Assembly: GCA_016935015.1 (NCBI GenBank)
Contig: JAFGRT010000022.1
Span: 118 to 64,117 of the forward strand
Reading direction: 5' to 3'
Length of the DNA stretch: 64,000 nt
DNA from: Acidobacteriota bacterium
GTDB lineage: Bacteria; Acidobacteriota; JAAYUB01
A model generated the notes under the pieces. The model ran no database searches. It worked only from the letters and a program-made list of their open reading frames with translations, and had not been told where the DNA came from. Below are positions 8,734 through 16,015 of this stretch, in pieces; the stretch's first letter is position 1; every line of letters begins with the position of its first letter. The translations under genes and the position numbers were made by a program.

Positions 8734-9366
8734 TTAAACGCCTAAAACTTTTAAAAGGTTTGCGGCCGCGCGCCGCGGGTCGGCGGCGGCGCAGATGGCG
8801 CTGACCACGGCCACGCCGGCCAGGCCGATGCCGCACAGCGACGGCAGGGTGGCGGCGTGGATGCCACCGATGGCCACTACCGGCAAGGGAGTGGCGGCCG
8901 CCAGGTGCCGCAATCCTTCGGGCCCCAATTCGGGATCGGTGTCGAGCTTGGTGGCGGTGGCGTAGGCCGGCCCGGCACCGAGGTAGTCGGCACCTCCGGC
9001 CTGGGCCTGCTGAACCTCCTCGACCGTGTTTACCGATAGGCCGATGAACATGCGGTCGCCCACCAGCCGGCGGGCCGCCACCAACGGCAGGTCGCGCTGG
9101 CCGAGGTGAACGCCGTCGGCCCCGGCCGCCAGGGCCACGTCCACCCGATCATTAATGATGAGGGGCACACCCGTACCGGCCAGGACATCCTTTACTTGCA
9201 ACGCCAGGCGGTAAAATTCGTCCCCCGTGGCCTCCTTTTCCCGCAATTGAACGGCGGTCACGCCACCGGCGACCGCCTCGTGGACCAGTTCAGCCAGGGA
9301 TTTCCCCCGCAGCATGGGCCGGTCCGTCACCAGGTACAGGCGAAGACAATCAGGGGTAAACCGCAT
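8734..9366 (-). CDS. thiE: Thiamine-phosphate synthase
   Basis: 210 aa. LYLVTDRP...GGVTAVQLREKE...LIINDRVDVALAAGADGVHLGQ...AIGGI pattern typical of ThiE. The last 8 codons are abruptly AT-rich. Confidence 0.9.
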   Translation of the reverse strand: MRFTPDCLRLYLVTDRPMLRGKSLAELVHEAVAGGVTAVQLREKEATGDEFYRLALQVKDVLAGTGVPLIINDRVDVALAAGADGVHLGQRDLPLVAARRLVGDRMFIGLSVNTVEEVQQAQAGGADYLGAGPAYATATKLDTDPELGPEGLRHLAAATPLPVVAIGGIHAATLPSLCGIGLAGVAVVSAICAAADPRRAAANLLKVLGV

Positions 9367-9453
9367 GCTCTAGCCTCCTGCAAAGTCGCCGGCCATTCTG
9401 GGTTCAGGACTTTCCTTTGACGAGTCGCGCGATCAGGGTGAAACCATCAGGGA

Positions 9454-10260
9454 TCAGTTGGCACCCGCCGGTGAACCAGCAGGGGTTGCATCCGCCGCCG
9501 CTCCGACGGATGACGTCGGCAGATCACCCCATTGCTCCACCCTGCCCAGCACCCAGGCCAGGGCTCTCAGCCGTTCGGTGCTCACCGAGGCGACGAACCG
9601 TCGCTGGGCCGGCTCCAAATCCCGATAGGGCTTGCCGAAACAGGCCAGGTCGTCGTCCAGCGGGGCGGGCACGACGCCCTCCTCGTGGGCCAGGTCCAGG
9701 GTGACGCGGATGATTTTTGGCCACGTCCAGTCGTCCGGCGGCGTCAGTTCGCCACGGATGGCGGCGTCCACCTGGGCCCGCCAGTGCCAGATATCCATCA
9801 CCCGGAAGGCCTGTTCGAGCTCGCTCAGCGGTCGCAGCGCCACCGCCTGCAGAAAAGGAGCGGGATCCTGCAACAGGGGCAGCTTGCGGACGATGGCCAG
9901 GACATCGAACACCTCCTCAATGGGCGGCAAATGGGCCAGCCTCCCCAGAGCCCACAGGAGGGTACCGTTACTCTCGGGCAACCAGCTGGTCCGGATGGTC
10001 GTCGCCGGGAGCCATTGCCCCAGCGGCAACTCCCATTCGAGAGTTTCGGCAGGGTGGAACCATTTGTGCAAATCGCCCTGCCGGGTCCATTCATACAGCC
10101 GGGCATGGGTGTCGCGGTGGATTTTCCGGGCCCCGTCGGAGGAGGCACCCGCCATATTCTGCTCGATTTCACCGCGCAAAAACAGCAAGCCGAGACACAC
10201 GATCCGTTGGGCCACCGCTTCCGGTTTCCGGACGGCTGTATTCTGGGTTCCTTGATTCAT
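9454..10260 (-). CDS. Hypothetical protein (resembles DUF4272-type proteins by recall)
   Basis: Protein-like composition. Start set at ATG 10260 (MNQGTQ...) with AAGGA/GGGAGG upstream. The longer ORF-track N-terminus has junk-like composition. Confidence 0.6.
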   Translation of the reverse strand: MNQGTQNTAVRKPEAVAQRIVCLGLLFLRGEIEQNMAGASSDGARKIHRDTHARLYEWTRQGDLHKWFHPAETLEWELPLGQWLPATTIRTSWLPESNGTLLWALGRLAHLPPIEEVFDVLAIVRKLPLLQDPAPFLQAVALRPLSELEQAFRVMDIWHWRAQVDAAIRGELTPPDDWTWPKIIRVTLDLAHEEGVVPAPLDDDLACFGKPYRDLEPAQRRFVASVSTERLRALAWVLGRVEQWGDLPTSSVGAAADATPAGSPAGAN

Positions 10261-10479
10261 GATTTTTCCTTTCCTCCCGGCTGCGAAGGCCGTCACGCTG
10301 CCCGCCGGCCGACCGCCACCACATGTTCCGGCTGATTGATTGAAAACATCGCCCACCTTCGGCGGCTCCGCGACGTCCGGCATGGCCGACGGGAGCGTCC
10401 CCCCCGGGCAGGAACCCGACATCATATCACAACTTCCCGTTCTCCGACACGTGTATTCGCCCCTGCGCTTCCGGTCCGA

Positions 10480-10508
10480 TCGAAGTTTGCGGGCAGGAAT
10501 GGTATAAT
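10480..10508 (+). promoter_or_regulatory. Candidate sigma70-type promoter with extended -10 (TGgTATAAT)
   Basis: TATAAT at 10503-10508, preceded by TGn. Weak -35 (tcgaag) 17 nt upstream. The -10 ends only 9 nt before ATG 10518, which implies a leaderless or near-leaderless mRNA. Confidence 0.35.
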
Positions 10509-10517
10509 ACGAAAACC

Positions 10518-11348
10518 ATGAACCCCGCTCCGCCGCCCGAACACGACCCCGCCACGGACAGGATCCGCCACGCCCTGCGCCTGCGCGGCTACGATTCCCT
10601 GCAGCCCGCCTATCTGCCGGCGGACATCCCCTTCCTGGCCCGGCTGGACAAGGCGGCCGTCGAGGATTTCTATCAGCTGATGAAAAAATACTCGTTCCGG
10701 CTCTTCGTGCGCGATCTGCTGCTCACGGGCGCCGAACGGCCGCAGCGGGGCCGCAAGTTCTACAATCCGGAGACCGCCTGCCAATATCTCCGCGAACTGG
10801 AACGGATCCTCGGGGCGGCGGCGATGTCCGAACTGGTCGGTCACTTTCGGGCCAGCATGGGCGGTCTGCTGGAATGGTTCGTGGCGGAAATGCTGCAGCG
10901 GGAATTCCGGCTGTCTTCCCTGCGGGGCGTCAAGCTCCTGAACGCTGGAAGCGGTGGCGACTTCGACATCCTCACCTGCCTGGAAGATCATCTCCTGGTC
11001 GTGGAAGTGAAATCCTCCCCCCCCAAACACATCCATTATGATGAAATACGAGCCTTCGTACAGCGATTGGCCGATTTGGGACCTCGCTTCGCCCTGTTGG
11101 TGGAAGACACCCATCTGCGGATGACCGACAAACTGCTGCCTCTCTTTCACCGGGCCCTGGCCGAGGTATTGGATCGGCCGGCCGAATTCCGGCGTCTGGA
11201 CGGCGAAATCTTCGGCTGGGAGGGCTGCCTGGCCATCAGCAACACCAAACCGGATCTCGCCCGCAACCTGCAGGTCGTGATCCGCTATTTCCTGCACAGA
11301 GTCTCCCCCTTTCAGCCGGCCGGTGGTCCGGGTTTCCCCGCACGCTGA
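10518..11348 (+). CDS. Hypothetical protein with PD-(D/E)XK nuclease-like motif
   Basis: 276 aa. GDFDILTCLEDHLLVVEVKSSP fits a D...(D/E)xK core. The composition is protein-like, unlike the antisense 343-aa ORF. Confidence 0.6.
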   Translation: MNPAPPPEHDPATDRIRHALRLRGYDSLQPAYLPADIPFLARLDKAAVEDFYQLMKKYSFRLFVRDLLLTGAERPQRGRKFYNPETACQYLRELERILGAAAMSELVGHFRASMGGLLEWFVAEMLQREFRLSSLRGVKLLNAGSGGDFDILTCLEDHLLVVEVKSSPPKHIHYDEIRAFVQRLADLGPRFALLVEDTHLRMTDKLLPLFHRALAEVLDRPAEFRRLDGEIFGWEGCLAISNTKPDLARNLQVVIRYFLHRVSPFQPAGGPGFPAR

Positions 11349-11450
11349 ATGGCGGTCGCCCGGGTTTCCGGGCGCCATCGGCCGGGGAGGACCGGCCCAA
11401 CGACGCCCCGAAACCGGCTGCCCCCCCCGGAATCCAAGGAAGGGTAAACG

Positions 11451-11486
11451 CAAAAAAGCCTTCCGCGATCAGGTCACGGAAGGCTT
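11451..11486 (-). terminator. Rho-independent terminator after tRNA-Leu
   Basis: 10-bp perfect stem (aagccttccg at 11456-11465 pairs with cggaaggctt at 11477-11486) and an 11-nt loop. It is followed on the minus strand by TTTTTTG. Confidence 0.75.
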
Positions 11487-11492
11487 CCGTTC

Positions 11493-11579
11493 TGGTGCCG
11501 AAGGCGGGATTTGAACCCGCACACCCGGTTGGGCACCACCCCCTCAAGATGGCGTGTCTGCCAGTTCCACCACTTCGGC
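11493..11579 (-). tRNA. leuU: tRNA-Leu (anticodon GAG), CCA encoded
   Basis: Minus strand reads GCCGAAGTGGTGGAACTGGCAGACACGCCATCTTGAGGGGGTGGTGCCCAACCGGGTGTGCGGGTTCAAATCCCGCCTTCGGCACCA. It has a 7-bp acceptor stem, anticodon stem CCATC/GGTGG with loop TTGAGGG, a long variable arm and a GGTTCAAATCC T-loop. Confidence 0.9.
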
Positions 11580-11612
11580 ATCGAAATGCATCGGATCAAA
11601 TAACCACGGGGC

Positions 11613-12194
11613 TTACGGTTGTTTTTTGCCCTCGTCCTGTTTCTTGCCTTCTTCCTTCTGCTCCCGCTGCTGGCGGCGTTCTTCCTGCTGCTTGAGGAAG
11701 GCCGCCCGCTGTTCGGGCGTCATATCCTTCATCAGTTCCTCTTTGGAAACCTTACGGAATTCCACATTCCCGACGACACCCCCTTCATCCTCCACCGGGA
11801 CGGTTTTGATGACCTCACCGATATCATCATCATCTCCCGTCGGGGCGGTGGCCGGGGCTTGCTGGCCCGTCGGCGGCCGCGGTTGGGATTGCGGCTGGGG
11901 CTGCGTCGGTGTTTCCGCCTCGGCAGCCGGGGCCGTATCCGTCACCACGCTGGAACCCTGTGAACCACCGGCCATCATGATGGACAGCGCCAGGGAGGTG
12001 ATCATGAAAATCACGGCAGCGGCGGTGGTCAGCTTGGTCAGAATATTGGCGGTTGTCCGGGGACCAAAAGTCGTCTGTGATCCGCCGCCGCCGAACGCAC
12101 CGGCCAGATCCGCGCTCTTGCCGGATTGCAACAGGATGACCAGGATCAGAATCAGGCAGCAAATCAGGTGAATGAGAATGGTAATCGTTAGCAT
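11613..12194 (-). CDS. secG: Preprotein translocase subunit SecG with long acidic/basic C-terminal extension
   Basis: The N-terminal 75 aa show the SecG pattern LLQSGKSADLAGAFGGGGSQTTFG plus a second TM segment. A low-complexity tail of about 118 aa follows. Confidence 0.85.
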   Translation of the reverse strand: MLTITILIHLICCLILILVILLQSGKSADLAGAFGGGGSQTTFGPRTTANILTKLTTAAAVIFMITSLALSIMMAGGSQGSSVVTDTAPAAEAETPTQPQPQSQPRPPTGQQAPATAPTGDDDDIGEVIKTVPVEDEGGVVGNVEFRKVSKEELMKDMTPEQRAAFLKQQEERRQQREQKEEGKKQDEGKKQP

Positions 12195-12204
12195 CGTCTC
12201 TTTC

Positions 12205-12960
12205 CTACGTGTATTCCACGATCTGAATAAAATCTTCCGCCTTGAGACTGGCCCCGCCCACCAGTGCGCCGTCGATGTCTGTCTCCGCCATCAGGGCGGA
12301 AATATTTTCCGGTTTCACACTTCCCCCATACAGAATCCGCACCTGGGCGGCGATGGGGTCGCTGAAAAGATCCTGAAGCAGGCGGCGGATAGTGGCGTGC
12401 ATCTCCTGGGCGATATCAGGCGTCGCCGTCCGGCCGGTACCGATCGCCCATACCGGCTCGTAGGCGATGATGATACGCAAAGCCTCCGATTTTGTCAAGC
12501 CTTTTAAAGCCGCCCGCAACTGGCGGGAAACCACTTCCACAGCCGTTTCCGCTTCTCGTTCCGGCAGGGTTTCCCCCACGCAAAGCACCGGCGTCAAATC
12601 CGTCGCTAGGGCCTTGGCTACCTTACGGGCGATAAAGTCATCGCTTTCGTTGAAAATCTGTCGTCTTTCGGAATGGCCGAGGATTACGTGACTACAGCCG
12701 ACACTTCGCAGCATGGCCGGTGCAATCTCGCCGGTGAAGGCGCCGCTGTCCTCGGGATACATGTTCTGAGCGCCCAGGTGGATACTGCTGCCCGTCAATT
12801 CGCGGGCCACCTCGGACAGGGCGGTGCACGGAGGCGCGATCATCACTTCGCGGCCGGCCAGATTGCCCAAGGCCCCACGCAGAGCAGCCGCCAGGCGCAC
12901 GGCCTCGGCCACCGTCTTGTGCATTTTCCAGTTACCAGCGATCATTGGGATGCGGGACAT
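12205..12960 (-). CDS. tpiA: Triosephosphate isomerase
   Basis: 251 aa. IAGNWKMH, GHSERR, AYEPVWAIGTG and YGGS motifs. Confidence 0.95.
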   Translation of the reverse strand: MSRIPMIAGNWKMHKTVAEAVRLAAALRGALGNLAGREVMIAPPCTALSEVARELTGSSIHLGAQNMYPEDSGAFTGEIAPAMLRSVGCSHVILGHSERRQIFNESDDFIARKVAKALATDLTPVLCVGETLPEREAETAVEVVSRQLRAALKGLTKSEALRIIIAYEPVWAIGTGRTATPDIAQEMHATIRRLLQDLFSDPIAAQVRILYGGSVKPENISALMAETDIDGALVGGASLKAEDFIQIVEYT

Positions 12961-12974
12961 TTTTCATTCCTCCT

Positions 12975-14165
12975 CTACCGGCGGGGGGACAACGCCGCCA
13001 CACCGGGCAGCTCTTTGCCGGCCAGGAACTCCAGCGAGGCTCCGCCACCAGTGGAGATATGGGAGATGTCATCGGCCACGCCTGCTTTCTGAACCGCCGA
13101 CACGGAATCCCCGCCACCGACGATGCTTACGGCATCCGCCGCCGCCGCCGCGTGGGCCACAGCCATGGTTCCGGCAGCAAAAGCCTCCATCTCGAATACG
13201 CCCATGGGACCGTTCCAGACGATGGTACGGGCGTCCTTGAGGCAAGCGGTATAGCGCCGGATGGTCTTCGGTCCGATATCAAGACCCATCCAGCCTGGGG
13301 GAATCGCGTCACCCTCCTCCAGCGTCCGCACCTGGGCATCAGCGGCCAAACGATCGGCAATGATGTGATCCACAGGCAACAAGAATTGCACCGATTGCCG
13401 GTCGGCTTCCTGTAACAATTGCCGGGCCAGCTCCACTTTGTCCTCCTCCACCAGGGAATCGCCCGTGGAGAGTCCCCGGGCACGGAAAAACGTATAGGCC
13501 ATACCGCCGCCGATCAGCAGCGTATTGACTTTACCCAGCAAGTTGGCGATGACCTCGATCTTGTCCGACACCTTGGCTCCGCCCAGAACAGCCACAAACG
13601 GTCGATCCGGATTTTCCAGCGCCCGGCCCAGGTACTGCAGCTCCTTCTCCATCAACAGCCCGGCCGCCCGCACCGACAGGTAGTGCGTGATGCCCTCCGT
13701 GGAAGCGTGGGCCCGGTGAGCGGTACCAAAGGCATCGTTGATATAGACATCGGCCAGCTGGGCCAATTGACGTGCGAAATCGGGATCGTTTTTTGTCTCC
13801 GCCTTGTGAAAGCGGAGATTCTCCAGCAGCAGCACGTTGCTCGCCACCAGCCGTTCGACCGCCTGCGCCACCTCCCCACCGACACAATCCTGCGCAAACG
13901 CCACCGGCTGGCCCAGAAGCTGCTGCAGATGGCGGGCAACCGGCTGCAGGCTCATCTCGGGCCGGTGTTCGCCTTTGGGCCGGCCGAGATGTGAGGCCAA
14001 AATCAGCCGGGCGCCGCGTTCAACGGCATGCCGAATGGTGGGCAGGGCCGACCGGATACGGGTATCGTCGTCGACCTCTCCGTCCTTCAGGGGGACGTTG
14101 AAATCCACTCGCATGAATACCCGTTTGTCTTTCAGGGCAATGTCACGAATGGTGAGCTTGTCCAT
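12975..14165 (-). CDS. pgk: Phosphoglycerate kinase
   Basis: 396 aa. [18 protein letters not shown] and GGGDS...STGGGASLE motifs. Confidence 0.95.
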   Translation of the reverse strand: MDKLTIRDIALKDKRVFMRVDFNVPLKDGEVDDDTRIRSALPTIRHAVERGARLILASHLGRPKGEHRPEMSLQPVARHLQQLLGQPVAFAQDCVGGEVAQAVERLVASNVLLLENLRFHKAETKNDPDFARQLAQLADVYINDAFGTAHRAHASTEGITHYLSVRAAGLLMEKELQYLGRALENPDRPFVAVLGGAKVSDKIEVIANLLGKVNTLLIGGGMAYTFFRARGLSTGDSLVEEDKVELARQLLQEADRQSVQFLLPVDHIIADRLAADAQVRTLEEGDAIPPGWMGLDIGPKTIRRYTACLKDARTIVWNGPMGVFEMEAFAAGTMAVAHAAAAADAVSIVGGGDSVSAVQKAGVADDISHISTGGGASLEFLAGKELPGVAALSPRR

Positions 14166-14230
14166 GGCCTGCTCCTTTCATGCGGCCGTTTCCGGCCGGC
14201 TGACCGGGCCGGAAAGGGCGAATGGTGTCG

Positions 14231-15226
14231 CTACTTCATGATAAACTTGATCAAATCGGCCACCCGGCAGGAATATCCCCACTCGTTGTCATACCAGGCC
14301 AACACCTTGACGGTGTTGTCGATGACTTTGGTGTATTCCGCATCGAAGATGGAACTGTGCGCATCGCCGATAAAATCGGACGATACCAGCGGGACGTCGG
14401 AGTAGGCCAGGATGCCCTTCAGTTCGCCTTCGGCCGCCCGTTTCATTGCGTCATTGATATCGCCGGCTGTCGGTGTGCGCGACACTTCCACCACCAGATC
14501 GACCAGCGACACATCGGGCGTGGGCACACGCACGGAGATCCCATCCACTCGTCCGGCCAGTTCGGGGATGACCAGCCCGATGGCCCGGGCCGCACCGGTG
14601 GAGGTCGGAATAATATTAACCGCGGCGGCGCGGGCACGGCGCAGGTCCTTGTGGGGCAGATCCAGAATCCGCTGATCGTTGGTGTAGGAGTGAATGGTGG
14701 TCATGAATCCCCTGACGATGCCCCAGTTGTCATGAAGCACTTTGGCCACGGGCGCCAGGCAATTGGTGGTACAGGAGGCATTGGAAATGATGTGATGCCG
14801 TCCCTTGTCGTACTCAGCATCATTGACGCCCAGTACCAGGGTGACATCCGGTTCGGTGGCCGGGGCGCTGATAATCACCTTCCGGACGGAATCTCGCAGA
14901 TGCTTCATGGCACCGTCCCGCTTGCGGAACATACCCGTCGCCTCCACCACCACTTCAATATCGTGATCCTGCCAGGGAATTTCCATCGGGTCCTTGACGG
15001 AATATACCTTGATGGGCTGACCGTTCACCAGGATGGAATCACCCTCGGCCTTGACGTCGGCATCAAACGTCCGCAGAATGGAATCATATTTCAAAAGATG
15101 CGCCAGGGTTTCCGCGTTGGTAAGATCATTCACGGCAACCACTTCGATCTCCGGATCCGCGAAAGCGTACCGGAAAAAGTTTCGCCCGATGCGCCCGAAA
15201 CCATTGACTCCGACTTTGATACTCAT
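14231..15226 (-). CDS. gap: Glyceraldehyde-3-phosphate dehydrogenase (type I)
   Basis: 331 aa. VGVNGFGRIGR and the catalytic SNASCTTNCLAP motif. Confidence 0.95.
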   Translation of the reverse strand: MSIKVGVNGFGRIGRNFFRYAFADPEIEVVAVNDLTNAETLAHLLKYDSILRTFDADVKAEGDSILVNGQPIKVYSVKDPMEIPWQDHDIEVVVEATGMFRKRDGAMKHLRDSVRKVIISAPATEPDVTLVLGVNDAEYDKGRHHIISNASCTTNCLAPVAKVLHDNWGIVRGFMTTIHSYTNDQRILDLPHKDLRRARAAAVNIIPTSTGAARAIGLVIPELAGRVDGISVRVPTPDVSLVDLVVEVSRTPTAGDINDAMKRAAEGELKGILAYSDVPLVSSDFIGDAHSSIFDAEYTKVIDNTVKVLAWYDNEWGYSCRVADLIKFIMK

Positions 15227-15485
15227 GACTACCTCCAGGTGATTTTTAAGTATTTACTCATTGTTAGTTGCATCCATCAGCCCGAGAGACTCTGGAATCA
15301 AAAACAGTTGAACATCAAAGGTTTATTAAGATATCAATCCCCGTAGGAAGATTCAAGAAAATTGTGCTCACAGACGCCGGAAATCCGGCGCCGTCCCTCT
15401 GCATCTAACTGCAGGGAAAAACATTGACTTCCCTGCCCGATGATGGGAAGATATGGCGTTTTTGACAATCAAAGGAGGATCCACC

Positions 15486-15713
15486 ATGGATATTCAAGAA
15501 AGAGTGAAGCAGACCCTGGAAAAAGCCCGCCCGTACCTGCAGGCCGACGGCGGCGATGTGGAACTCGTGGAAGTGACCGAAGACAATATTGTCCGCGTTA
15601 AGCTGACGGGTGCCTGCGGTGGCTGCCCCATGGCCACCATCACCCTGAAGAATGGAATCGAGCGGCTGGTTCGCCAGGATATACCGGAAATCAAGGAAGT
15701 GCAATCCGTCTGA
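15486..15713 (+). CDS. NifU C-terminal-domain (Nfu-type) Fe-S cluster protein
   Basis: DGGDVELVEV...CGGCPMATITLK motif. Start set at ATG 15486 with AAGGAGGA about 7 nt upstream; the ORF-track start is 15453. Confidence 0.85.
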   Translation: MDIQERVKQTLEKARPYLQADGGDVELVEVTEDNIVRVKLTGACGGCPMATITLKNGIERLVRQDIPEIKEVQSV

Positions 15714-15746
15714 TTTTCCGGAATTTCGCCGAGCAGTTCCCACCGG

Positions 15747-15777
15747 CGGCGGCCTTGCTTGGCCGCCGTCCTTTTTA
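15747..15777 (+). terminator. Rho-independent terminator after nfu-like gene
   Basis: 8-bp GC stem (cggcggcc at 15747-15754 pairs with ggccgccg at 15761-15768), loop ttgctt, then tcCTTTTTat. Confidence 0.6.
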
Positions 15778-16015
15778 TATCGGCCGCCCGCTGGGTCAAG
15801 ACCGTGGTCCGGCCGGATCGGCCACGGAGCCCAGAGGCTTCCGTCCGAATTCAAAGTAACCTCAACGCATTTGTATTGAAGCCTTCCCTGGCCTAACTTA
15901 TAATCGGATAGAGGCGTAGCGTGTTGCCGGCGACTTGCGGACATTGCTCTGGTGGTTCCCGGCGCCGGTTTCATCCGGCAGGGCGAATCGTCGCCGCAGT
16001 GTCCGGCCGGCTTTC

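Noticed and set aside
10422-11453. 343-aa minus-strand ORF overlapping the 10518-11348 gene
   Set aside because: It is Gly/Gln/Arg/Pro-rich and lacks a ribosome-binding site. The plus-strand reading has protein-like composition, a promoter-like element and a PD-(D/E)XK-type motif. This is the less certain of the strand choices.
11349-11579. tRNA-Leu as an integration site for the low-GC island or for the hypothetical gene pair
   Set aside because: I found no direct repeat of the tRNA 3' end by eye to the left, and no integrase. The conserved secG-leuU synteny explains the position of the tRNA. A computed repeat search would settle this.
14222-15346. 374-aa plus-strand ORF
   Set aside because: It is entirely antisense to the clearly recognisable gap gene. 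Its composition is Gly/Arg/His/Asp/Gln-rich, which is typical of reverse-frame read-through in high-GC DNA.
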